From: Candidatus Heimdallarchaeota archaeon B3_Heim
GTDB lineage: Archaea > Asgardarchaeota > Heimdallarchaeia > Hodarchaeales > Hodarchaeaceae
NCBI GenBank assembly: GCA_003144275.1
Contig: NJBF01000023.1
Location: 39,190 to 71,189 of the forward strand
Direction: 5' to 3'
Length of the DNA: 32,000 nucleotides
Of the stretch, positions 17,601 through 25,532 are shown one piece after another. The notes under the pieces are model-generated. The model saw only the letters and a list, made by a program, of their open reading frames with translations. It was not told the DNA's origin and searched no databases. How positions within the stretch are numbered: the first letter of the stretch is position 1; each line of letters begins with the position of its first letter. Made by a program: the position numbers and the translations under genes.

Positions 17601-18080
17601 ATATATTCTACTAAAATTGCCGAAATTTATGAAGAATTGTATAGATCACCCATTGGCAATCAATTAGCAATATCGGAAAGAGAAAATCTGCTAAGACATT
17701 TTAAGGAGAATAATCAGAAGCAAGAAGAGGCAAAATTTCTTTTAACCTCCGCAAAAATAGCATTTACAGAAAATAATGTCAGTGATGGAATCGATCAAAT
17801 TTACAAATCAACAACACTATTTCAAGATCTAGAAGATAAGAATGGCCTATCCGAAATAGTTACTTTTTGTTTAAGAACTGCTTCACGATTTCAAGTAGGA
17901 TCTCCAGAATATAATTCGTTGTCACAACATGCTACGGCAATTCAGGATGGAGGAATTACTCTGTCTGATGAACAAACACAAGAAGCTTTTGGAGATTTAT
18001 ATGATGGAATCCTAGATGATATGACCACGTTATTTGATCCAAAAGAAAAGAGAAAACGGATGAAACAGAAAAAGAAATGA
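14610..18080 (+). CDS. Large soluble alpha-helical repeat (TPR/SNAP-like solenoid) protein, 1156 aa
   Basis: All-helical amphipathic pattern, N-terminus AQAFETTGNFEKAAKSYLQIAK, recurring A..F/Y...A..F helices, no TM segment and a polybasic tail KEKRKRMKQKKK. Start ATG 14610; the 14514 start overlaps the upstream gene. Confidence 0.8.
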   Translation: MSEVQKELEKAQAFETTGNFEKAAKSYLQIAKSIPDGQRSLKLYNKAFFSSQKTGKNALMFEYARLYYQQLLQEEQHKAIKELLPTFLDLSGRIRDKIDELKVEGKLEVLTWALDLYQLAGNQIGAYEISQDIGDTYFVFGKQLLSSGHLLGKEEKYNKGVELFNQAIESYQLISLDTTVMEKILVVKLEKINRFIDISRPAEAMEDTANLMRYFKTLNVDIRPYSQKDLSLRIAELLATKTLEKVQKQIDIARVLQKTASAGFIEAEEPGRVAPFLWSLAQIFDKNNKIEDFDTTSNEAFNAAIKNGNQDIAESILTYLFDQGKSICENTINSRMLLVKKGSVEFRNNKGVQYLLQRIKLAKTTDDEIVNQTTEYLFNYGQTMFDKKLRVRSLPYFEYCARTWWDLHQDTGRAREITTFLQSNFGDLLSEGKLDDAATQLISIVDLFTYFGDTEMAGDTAFSFAQTLGQEGKISYEYDFLERSYANFEKLKATEKLQSLIDYLIERSDPLFSHDENMKDNLQNFLELISKTGAAISIERQGEVLATTTYKLINSSLMDLASKYVEETFAIYSSYDKELAADFYFKIGTMLIENNQELAIEIISKSTQLAADESELEQIVLRNLQYLMDQALASPLLRTKLLIINQLESISSLVHKSAIFNTFLFPFVQNLAEKAMEPEYLSETNRYLMKTFTTYFEEDNSHPHLEEIIEWTNKFILSLDQPHLLTEMILLSLNFHEKTNKPDQFITFIWPIMEKLSSEKEDFQKAITIYRQTFSFLKRLNAENEEFTDKVVSLLDRDQKSRIHDEQFEEAWAILQALFQILTETDMKTQAVRLYKDNAVLFAPLRLDLALTMWAQASDEAKCLENSREVIGGICSDIKEHGLTVYKEQQNLPAVLQLYNQIIELNLAIENLVGVTDNSIERSKYLLMTGDFTSLLEWGEKSLRLSIEKKLIDLLVEITNMFYSAGRSLLEEDPEVAITLINTASKNLKAFGEKGINIYSTKIAEIYEELYRSPIGNQLAISERENLLRHFKENNQKQEEAKFLLTSAKIAFTENNVSDGIDQIYKSTTLFQDLEDKNGLSEIVTFCLRTASRFQVGSPEYNSLSQHATAIQDGGITLSDEQTQEAFGDLYDGILDDMTTLFDPKEKRKRMKQKKK

Positions 18081-18185
18081 GAGATGACATAGTCTCTGGA
18101 TTATGAAAAAGAAGGGAGGGGCCTTATAGGTAATCCTTTGGAAGAGTAATTATTCTGTATTAAAAATCACGGATTGATTACAATT

Positions 18186-18743
18186 ATGCTTGACTCTTTA
18201 ATTCGATCACGAAGAGCGTTCAGGGCTCTTCAACCAGTGGAAATTTCCCCTGAAGAAGTAAAAAATATTGCTGAACTTGTTTCATTAAGTCCAAGCTGCA
18301 TGAATAACCAACCTTGGCGTTACATCTTTGTTCAAGATCCAGATACTCTCCAAACACTTTTTACTGCCTTAAGTCGAGGGAATGCATGGGCAAAAAATGC
18401 ATCAATGATTGTAGCTGTACATTCAGAAGCAAGCTTAGACTGTCAGATTTCAGAACGTGATCCTTACTTTTTATTTGATACAGGTATGGCAACAGCCTAT
18501 CTAATCTTATTACTTACAGAAATGGGGTTGGTAGCACATCCTATAGCAGGTTATGATCTGGAAAAATCGAAAGAAATTCTCAAAATTCCCAAGGATAAGT
18601 CACTAATCACCTTAATTGTTGTAGGTAAGCATACTTCTGTTTTTCCTGAAGAAATGAGTGAAAAACAACGTGCAAGCGAACCACAGAGACCTAAGCGAAA
18701 ATCTGTTGAAGAATTTATTTCCTTTAACCAATATTCTGAATAA
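18186..18743 (+). CDS. Nitroreductase family protein (FMN-dependent)
   Basis: IRSRRAFR, LSPSCMNNQPWRYI, FDTGMATAYLILLLTEMGL..HPIAG, LIVVG and RK. Start is ATG 18186 (or TTG 18174). Confidence 0.93.
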   Translation: MLDSLIRSRRAFRALQPVEISPEEVKNIAELVSLSPSCMNNQPWRYIFVQDPDTLQTLFTALSRGNAWAKNASMIVAVHSEASLDCQISERDPYFLFDTGMATAYLILLLTEMGLVAHPIAGYDLEKSKEILKIPKDKSLITLIVVGKHTSVFPEEMSEKQRASEPQRPKRKSVEEFISFNQYSE

Positions 18744-18771
18744 CCGACTGGTAGTCTACATGCTTGGAAAT

Positions 18772-19341
18772 TTATGCAGATATCAATAGTTCTGGTTCTT
18801 CTTCTTCACGAAGTGGAAAAACATAGTGAATAGTAGAATGGTTCAAGGATAGATCATGTTCGACAAACCCACAGGCACGAAAACCTTGTTTTAGTAGAAA
18901 AGTGTGAACATTAACCAGCTGTTCATCTGCAAACCCGCGTAAAATAGTGTACTGAGTATTCTTTTTAGCAAACCGCTTAATATGCTCCATTAATTGCTTC
19001 CCATAGCCTAGTCCTCGATACTGCTTCCCAATGATCAAAGATAATATGAAAATTCCCCGACTAAAGAAATCAATAACTGCATATCCTACGATGGATTCAC
19101 TGGATTCTTGTTGCTCTGGACTATCTTCTTGCTCTTCTTTTTCCTCAGGAGCTGGTTTGGCAATACATGCAATAAAGACTTTTCCCTTTTCAGGTACTTG
19201 CACGTAAAAATTAATGCGACCTTTCTCACTTTTGAGAACTGTGGAGCCATGTACGGTATAAATATCTGATTCTAGTAAAGCTAACTTTACAGATGGCCAA
19301 TCTCCCTCCTGATAATCCCGAACAGTAATTTTTTCACTCAT
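18772..19341 (-). CDS. GNAT family N-acetyltransferase with an acidic low-complexity insert
   Basis: ITVRDYQEGDW, acetyl-CoA motif A QYRGLGYGKQL and FLLKQGFRACG. Insert PAPEEKEEQEDSPEQQESSES. Start is ATG 19341 (RBS GGGAG) or 19365. Confidence 0.88.
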   Translation of the reverse strand: MSEKITVRDYQEGDWPSVKLALLESDIYTVHGSTVLKSEKGRINFYVQVPEKGKVFIACIAKPAPEEKEEQEDSPEQQESSESIVGYAVIDFFSRGIFILSLIIGKQYRGLGYGKQLMEHIKRFAKKNTQYTILRGFADEQLVNVHTFLLKQGFRACGFVEHDLSLNHSTIHYVFPLREEEEPELLISA

Positions 19342-19438
19342 TGATACTCCCGCTTTTTCATTCATTATGACCTATAAAACTATTCGTAGAAATAATATAA
19401 AGAAAAAGAGGAAGAAATGATGAATATTATTCAAGTAG

Positions 19439-19837
19439 CTAAATTTTATCCCAAGCAGCAGATACTCGTTCACCAGTTTTCTTGATAACGGGTGCCATAG
19501 CCTCGTGAGAAGTAAATCCTAATTCAGCTGCTATCTTCATAATTGACACATGTGCCACTTTAATTTCTGAATCTTCTTCATAAACAACAAAGCTACAGGG
19601 AAATAAAGTTCCAACATCTTTGTGTACATCCAAAGCAGCCTTTGCTAGATCGGCACCACATGCCATGATGCTAGTATATCGAGGATAGTCTTTAACACCC
19701 AATTTTTTTTCGATAACCTGATCAATTGCTTTAGTTAATAATACAGTAAAGCCTTCACTAGCTACAATAGTTTGTACATGTTCCACAGTCTCATCAAAGG
19801 ACATATTTGTAATTGTTTTACGTAAGATTTCCACCAT
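19439..19837 (-). CDS. DUF302 family protein
   Basis: SFDETVEHV...EGFTVL..ID..IEKKLG...IMACG..LA..AL....GTLFPCSFVVYE, the conserved two-Cys DUF302 pattern. Confidence 0.88.
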   Translation of the reverse strand: MVEILRKTITNMSFDETVEHVQTIVASEGFTVLLTKAIDQVIEKKLGVKDYPRYTSIMACGADLAKAALDVHKDVGTLFPCSFVVYEEDSEIKVAHVSIMKIAAELGFTSHEAMAPVIKKTGERVSAAWDKI

Positions 19838-19972
19838 AAAAACTCACTAAACGGTGTGATTTAATGAATCTTTTAGTATTTATCTCTGCTAAAATCGTTT
19901 GAAATGGTTCCGTATTTTTTTTTTCTGATTAAACCAATATTTGCTCACGATTAATAATGGAATCTCCATTCA

Positions 19973-21943
19973 TTAGGTGAGATCTGAACGGATTTTTTCG
20001 TAAAAATCCAATGCTTCTGGATTAGAAAGAGCTTCCCGATTCGTAACAGGTCTACCATGAATAATATTGGTAACTGCCATTTCAACTTTTTTCAAACTGA
20101 AAGTATAGGGAATATCAGGTGTTTCAAGGATAAGAGAAGGTACATGTCTAGGAGATGCTTTTGAGCGTAATTCTTTCTTTATTTTTGACTTTAATTCATT
20201 AGTAAGAACAGATTTAGGCGCCAATTTGACGAAAAGTATGATTCTCTGATCATTCTTCCATTTTTGGCCAATCGTAAGACTATCTGCAACTTCAGGTAGT
20301 GCTTCCACAATATTATATATCTCTGATGTACCGATACGAACCCCTGATGGTTTTAACACTGCATCTGAGCGTCCAAGAACAGTCATTCCACCTGTATCAC
20401 TGTGAATAATAATATAATCTCCATGTCTCCAAACTTTTCTTTCAAGCGTATCAAAAAAATTGAAATAGGCATTTTTATATCGCCTATTATCTGGATCATC
20501 CCAAAAATAGAGAGGCATACTTGGAGATGGGGTTTCACAGACAAGTTCAGCCTGTTGATCTCGTACGGGATTACCACCTTCATCATACGCTTCAATACTC
20601 ATCCCTAAAGCACTTGCTTGAAGTTGACCAGCGTAAACAGGAAGAATAGGGCAACCACCAGCAAAAATAGCATTCAGATCAGAGCCTCCTGTAATAGAGT
20701 TAAAATGCAAATCTGCTTTTATTGCTGAATACATCCATTCGTTAACCTCCGCTGAAATAGGAGATGCGGTCTGAGAAATAACTCTTAGAGACGAAAGATC
20801 ATGATCTTTACCTGGTTCGGCTCGTATTCCATGTAGATAATGCAGATAACTTGCTGATGTACCAAAAATCGATATTTTTTCTTCTTCAATTATTTTCCAC
20901 ATAGCTCTCCAATCAGGAAAGAGAGGATTCCCATCATAGAGAAGAATTGTGGCTCCTACTGCCAACGACGATGTAAGCCAATTCCACATCATCCATGAGG
21001 GAGAAGTTATGTAATTTATACGATCACTCCTTTTCAGATCTGTGTGTAAAATTAAATCTCTCAATTGTGTTAAGAGAACACCACCTGCACCTTGAACCAT
21101 AGACTTTGGCTTACCTGTTGTACCTGAACTAAACATGACATATCCAGGATGATTAAATTCTACCTGCTCAAATTGTATTTCAGCATTAGCTATTGGGGAA
21201 GAAAATTCTTCCATAGTAACAGCTTTGGGGATTGTAGAGATATCTAAATTTCTCTTTTTTGTATATGGTGTAACTATTACCTTTTCAACTGAATTTAAAC
21301 CCTCTACCACTTTTCTTACATTGGGTAGTAAATTAATTGATACCCCTTTGTAGAAATAACCATCAGATACGAACAGTACTTTCGGTTTAATCTGGCCTAG
21401 TCGATCAAGTACAGCATCTGAACCTAATTCCCCACCCGTAGATGCCCAGGTTGCTCCTAAACTAGTTGCAGCTAACATTGCAATGGTAGTTTCTATCAAA
21501 TTAGGCTGGTATGCAGCTACAAAATCTCCTTTTCTTACGCCCATTTTCCGCAATGAAGTTGAAAGCTGAGCTACTTTTAGATTAAGTTCAGAATATGTCA
21601 TTACTTCACGATATTTGGTTTCTCCACGAAATATGAATGCATATTGATCATCTTTATACCTTAACAAATTTTCAGCAAAGTTTAGTCTCGCTCCTGGAAA
21701 CCATTCGTTACCAATGAATTGATCTAGATTTTCCCCAACTTTGGTGTACTTACGTGAGGAAATTATCCCTGTAAAGTCCCACAAAGTCGCCCAAAAATCC
21801 ATCATATTATTTGTTGACCATTCATGCAGTTGTGAATAATTTGATAACTGTAAATTATACTTTTTGTTTACATTTTTCATGAAACGAGTCATATTTGAGT
21901 TTTCAATTTGCCTTGCTGATGGTTTCCATAACAGTTTTGCCAA
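19973..21943 (-). CDS. acsA: Acetoacetate--CoA ligase (acetoacetyl-CoA synthetase)
   Basis: N-terminal LWKPS..NMTRF, WFPGARLNFAENLL, AMP-binding FSSGTTGKPK, WMMWNWL, FGTSA, SITGGSD, VWRHGD, GRSDAVLKPSGVRIGTSEIY and SPRHVP. TTG start with AGGAG RBS. Confidence 0.95.
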   Translation of the reverse strand: MAKLLWKPSARQIENSNMTRFMKNVNKKYNLQLSNYSQLHEWSTNNMMDFWATLWDFTGIISSRKYTKVGENLDQFIGNEWFPGARLNFAENLLRYKDDQYAFIFRGETKYREVMTYSELNLKVAQLSTSLRKMGVRKGDFVAAYQPNLIETTIAMLAATSLGATWASTGGELGSDAVLDRLGQIKPKVLFVSDGYFYKGVSINLLPNVRKVVEGLNSVEKVIVTPYTKKRNLDISTIPKAVTMEEFSSPIANAEIQFEQVEFNHPGYVMFSSGTTGKPKSMVQGAGGVLLTQLRDLILHTDLKRSDRINYITSPSWMMWNWLTSSLAVGATILLYDGNPLFPDWRAMWKIIEEEKISIFGTSASYLHYLHGIRAEPGKDHDLSSLRVISQTASPISAEVNEWMYSAIKADLHFNSITGGSDLNAIFAGGCPILPVYAGQLQASALGMSIEAYDEGGNPVRDQQAELVCETPSPSMPLYFWDDPDNRRYKNAYFNFFDTLERKVWRHGDYIIIHSDTGGMTVLGRSDAVLKPSGVRIGTSEIYNIVEALPEVADSLTIGQKWKNDQRIILFVKLAPKSVLTNELKSKIKKELRSKASPRHVPSLILETPDIPYTFSLKKVEMAVTNIIHGRPVTNREALSNPEALDFYEKIRSDLT

Positions 21944-22037
21944 TGAAAGTGACTCCTACAGATTTAGATTACCCAACCAGATATATTAAATTTCTTGATA
22001 GTATTTTCTTCTCTATTTGTATCGTAGGTCCCAGCAT

Positions 22038-23819
22038 TTAAACGGGTAGTAATGAAGTTAGAATCCAAACGAATAACAAACTATTGAATACAGCTCCAGG
22101 TACGATAGAGTTACTTAGATGATACCAGAACCATGAAATCAATGATCCAGCAATGATAAATAAGCCCAATACCCAATAAAATTGTATGGATAGCGTGATT
22201 AATCCACCTGGTAACAAGTTAATATCAAAAACTATCCGTGGGATGTAAATACAACCAACTACGAGAAGAAATGGCCAAACTTTCGCTACAAGTAATCGAC
22301 CGATTTGTGTAAGATCTTCTCGGAAGGCAGATCCATTGTTTGGTGTAGTAAGATCCGCGTGAAATAGTAACCCATCAATAAGGAAATAAATCAGGAATAA
22401 GGGCAAGAGAATTACAAAACTCACAATTCTAGGAAAAATCAGCAAGTTTGAGAAGAAAGCGATGATAAATCCCAACTGGATTGAGAAAAAATTGTTTAAA
22501 ATAAACATAATCCCATAAAGGCTTGCGATAATACCACAAACAAGACCAACACCTCTTTTCACCCACCATACTCTTCTATCCTTCTTCAAAACTTCCCTAA
22601 GAGAATGGTTCATTTCAAAATAGGAAGAAAATAAGTATATAATAGCAAACAGAATAGAGTTGATCATAAGAAACCATAATGCAATAGAAGGCGCGAATGT
22701 CATCGGGGGAACAGGAATAAATGTTCCTATCAGCATTACTGGAAAATATAGCACGATCACCAAGGATCCCCAAACTAGACCTGTCTTTTTGAGAGAGGGT
22801 TTCTCAAAATCTAATTTATGTGAGGACTTTTCCTCTTCAAAAGCATTAGTGTGATAGATCAACGATGCAATCGAAAGAAAGAGACAAATGATTGAGATGA
22901 GAGTAATAAGCGAGGTAACATCCCGAAGAGGGAAAATTAAATTGCTATGAGGGATAAAATATTCATCCACGTAACCGTCTACTTTGAGAGCCGTTTGCAT
23001 CCATTGTATTGTTTCAGTTACAATAAGCGGATCGATTGGTTCAAGAATATGGATAGTACTGGAAATAACTAATCGCCGGGCATCCTGTCTTTCTGGTTGA
23101 AAACTTCCATAAAAGGCATGATTTGGCACAACAGGATTAGTAGTCCCAAATAATTCCATTAAATCTGTTGTCAGAAGATTAACATCAGTAAAAAATTCAT
23201 CATACTTACCTACAGCCACTAGTAAGTTTTTTGGAAAGGTAGAGTTGTATTTTCCGCTATTTGTTCCATTAACACTAAGATCGGGAACTCCTCCAATCAA
23301 CACTGTTGCAGAAATATTTCCATGCTTAAGGGCTGTAGCCCATGCTGCCCACGCTCCCATACTATGTCCTACAATACCGATTGAACTGGTGTCAGCATAA
23401 GATAAAGTATCAAGATACTCAATAGCAGATATTATACCAAGAGAAGAGTCATCTTTTGAAGGCTCTGAATTCCCATGACCAGCTAGATCTAGTGCAAGCG
23501 CAATAAAACCACGACGGCCTAACTCAAGAGCCATACCGCTCATAGTATGCTTGGAATTTGAGATGCCATGGGCGCAAATAACAGTAGGAAGAGGGTTATC
23601 TCCAGAAGCCTCTATGGGTTTATATAGCAACCCCGTTAGATACGAATTCTCATTAGAAATCTTGATTAATGAAACATCGACCAATCCATAGTTCGTATTA
23701 AGCAAAAAGATCGAAATAAGCCCTGATCCACTGAAAACCAGCAAAATGCTCAATATTAGATAAGATGATTGCTTTTTTTTCTGTTCAGGCACGATAAACC
23801 CTTCTGTATCCACTATCAA
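22038..23819 (-). CDS. Membrane-anchored alpha/beta-fold hydrolase with a C-terminal multi-TM domain
   Basis: N-terminal TM, HGISN oxyanion region, ALDLAGHGNS, nucleophile elbow GHSMG, candidate acid GKYDE and His TIHILEP, then ~8 TM helices. Confidence 0.88.
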   Translation of the reverse strand: MIVDTEGFIVPEQKKKQSSYLILSILLVFSGSGLISIFLLNTNYGLVDVSLIKISNENSYLTGLLYKPIEASGDNPLPTVICAHGISNSKHTMSGMALELGRRGFIALALDLAGHGNSEPSKDDSSLGIISAIEYLDTLSYADTSSIGIVGHSMGAWAAWATALKHGNISATVLIGGVPDLSVNGTNSGKYNSTFPKNLLVAVGKYDEFFTDVNLLTTDLMELFGTTNPVVPNHAFYGSFQPERQDARRLVISSTIHILEPIDPLIVTETIQWMQTALKVDGYVDEYFIPHSNLIFPLRDVTSLITLISIICLFLSIASLIYHTNAFEEEKSSHKLDFEKPSLKKTGLVWGSLVIVLYFPVMLIGTFIPVPPMTFAPSIALWFLMINSILFAIIYLFSSYFEMNHSLREVLKKDRRVWWVKRGVGLVCGIIASLYGIMFILNNFFSIQLGFIIAFFSNLLIFPRIVSFVILLPLFLIYFLIDGLLFHADLTTPNNGSAFREDLTQIGRLLVAKVWPFLLVVGCIYIPRIVFDINLLPGGLITLSIQFYWVLGLFIIAGSLISWFWYHLSNSIVPGAVFNSLLFVWILTSLLPV

Positions 23820-24054
23820 TTAAATGATAGATAACAAGTCTGATTGAAGGAAGGCTTTTTGAGTTTTTTTTGGATCTTCGTTAGATTTATCGAAATCTTC
23901 TAACAATACAGCAATCAAATTACTTAACGTGAGTTAAGCAATGCTCTCCTCAGAGAAAAATGTTAGGAAAAAAACTTAAAACTTACATGATAACAAAGCC
24001 CCCACATGAATCGTTGATTCAGAATATACCTAAAAATAATTGGAGATATAATGA

Positions 24055-24270
24055 ATGGCAAAAACAAGATTTGAAGACGGAGATTTATGGGTAGAGATTG
24101 ACCTAGATCTATGTACAGGTTCGGGAGAATGCGTAGATGTATGCCCCGAAGAGTGCTACGTGGTTGTCGATGGTAAAGTTAATGCTAACAACATAGGTGC
24201 TTGCATAGAATGTGCCGCATGCGACGGAGTATGCCCCAACGACGCCATCCTTGATCAGAACTCTTGGTAA
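24055..24270 (+). CDS. Ferredoxin (bacterial-type dicluster; first motif CxxSxxCxxxCP)
   Basis: Motifs CTGSGECVDVCP and CIECAACDGVCP in a 71-aa acidic protein. Confidence 0.93.
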   Translation: MAKTRFEDGDLWVEIDLDLCTGSGECVDVCPEECYVVVDGKVNANNIGACIECAACDGVCPNDAILDQNSW

Positions 24271-24282
24271 AGTTTCCTCAAT

Positions 24283-24330
24283 TTTCCTCTAATTAGGGGA
24301 AATTTTCTTTTCCCTAAGTCTATTTTTTTT
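24283..24330 (+). terminator. Hairpin plus oligo-T terminator after the ferredoxin
   Basis: Stem TTTCCTCT-AATT-AGGGGAAA followed by TTTTCTTTT and TTTTTTTT tracts. Confidence 0.6.
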
Positions 24331-24438
24331 CTTCTCTAAACGTGAGATAAGTTACCAGCTTATACAGATATTTAAAGGCAAGATTAGAGAAATTACACAT
24401 AATGTAAAAATGCCTGAGATGTGTGTGTGGGGTAATAA

Positions 24439-25305
24439 ATGTCAATTAAGCGAGCAATGTATGAAATCGAAACTTCACAGGGGATGGCTGGCCTTTATCA
24501 TGTCACACGATTATCTTCTGGTCCTCCTGTCCTTTTTGTCCACGGATTTGGCTCGAATGCCGATATTTGGTTTACTTATCCTGATTCTCTTGGTAATTAT
24601 TTAAAGAAACAAGGAATGGATTGTTGGTCACTGCGATTAAGCAACGCAACAACTGGAAATATTTCATCTCTCGCGAATGAAGATCTTTATGTGGCGATAT
24701 CCTTCATTCATGAAAAAAGAAATCAGGAAATCTTAGTAGTAACTCACTCAATGGGAGGAATTATTGCCCGGGTTCTCACGAGTCCACAATTTGAGCATCC
24801 ATTCCCCTTGGCAACATTGGAATCCAATATTCGAGGAATCGTCCTTCTAACTGTCCCAAACCACGGGGCGGAAATAGGGGATATACGAAAATTGGAAGAC
24901 TCTGCTCATCAACTCAGAAACTATCTCAAGTGGGAAAGATCAAGCTCCCCAGATTTTGATCTTGGGTTCATTCAACTCACGTCTAAAAGCACTTTACTTC
25001 AGAACTTGAATAAGCCCCCTATGTTAAACCCCAATATTATATGGTTAAATGCGGTTGGTAAATATGACCACATTGTTCCCTCAAAAAGTGCTTCTTTTTC
25101 ACCTTCAGAAGCAGCCATTCCCTCCTTTGAACAACGTGGATTTGATAGCGATCATATGGTATATCCATTTGCTACTACTTTACAGAAAATAGCTGACAAG
25201 ATAGGGGAGATTGCAACCATCTTTGGATCCTCATTCAAATTGTATCCTGCTATCCATCGAACAAAAGAAGTAGGAGAATGGATTATTGAAGTTTTTGGAA
25301 AGTGA
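24439..25305 (+). CDS. Alpha/beta-fold hydrolase (lipase/esterase-like)
   Basis: VLFVHGFGSN, nucleophile elbow THSMGG, VPNHGA, GKYDHIVP and SDHM. Confidence 0.88.
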   Translation: MSIKRAMYEIETSQGMAGLYHVTRLSSGPPVLFVHGFGSNADIWFTYPDSLGNYLKKQGMDCWSLRLSNATTGNISSLANEDLYVAISFIHEKRNQEILVVTHSMGGIIARVLTSPQFEHPFPLATLESNIRGIVLLTVPNHGAEIGDIRKLEDSAHQLRNYLKWERSSSPDFDLGFIQLTSKSTLLQNLNKPPMLNPNIIWLNAVGKYDHIVPSKSASFSPSEAAIPSFEQRGFDSDHMVYPFATTLQKIADKIGEIATIFGSSFKLYPAIHRTKEVGEWIIEVFGK

Positions 25306-25522
25306 AGACTTCACGCGTGACTACCTTCTAGGAGCCGAATCATTATTCATCAAAGGATAGAATCTGGACGTTTTACTCCTACACGGAGCAGGTGGAGGAA
25401 TTGTATGGGATTTGAAAGAAACAGCAGCGAACTTACACCAACAATTAAAAGCCACAGTCTGGCTTCCTTCACTTACTGGATTTGGTACGAAACCTGAGAA
25501 TTTTACTTACTGTAGCTTTTGA
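25295..25522 (+). pseudogene. Truncated carboxylesterase (Est30/YvaK-like alpha/beta hydrolase) remnant with an in-frame TAG
   Basis: Hand translation from TTG 25295 gives LESEDFTRDYLLGAESLFIKG*NLDVLLLHGAGGGIVWDLKETAANLHQQLKATVWLPSLTGFGTKPENFTYCSF*. This matches the N-terminal E.ff..g..vLLlHG..G..dl..la..L....V..P.L.G.Gt.pe pattern. No nucleophile elbow follows. Confidence 0.75.
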
Positions 25523-25532
25523 ATGAATATAT

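Noticed and set aside
25358-25360. In-frame TAG in the esterase remnant as a possible pyrrolysine codon
   Set aside because: Even with read-through the frame ends at 25522 before the nucleophile elbow, and no pyl genes are in the window. Pseudogenisation is the simpler explanation.
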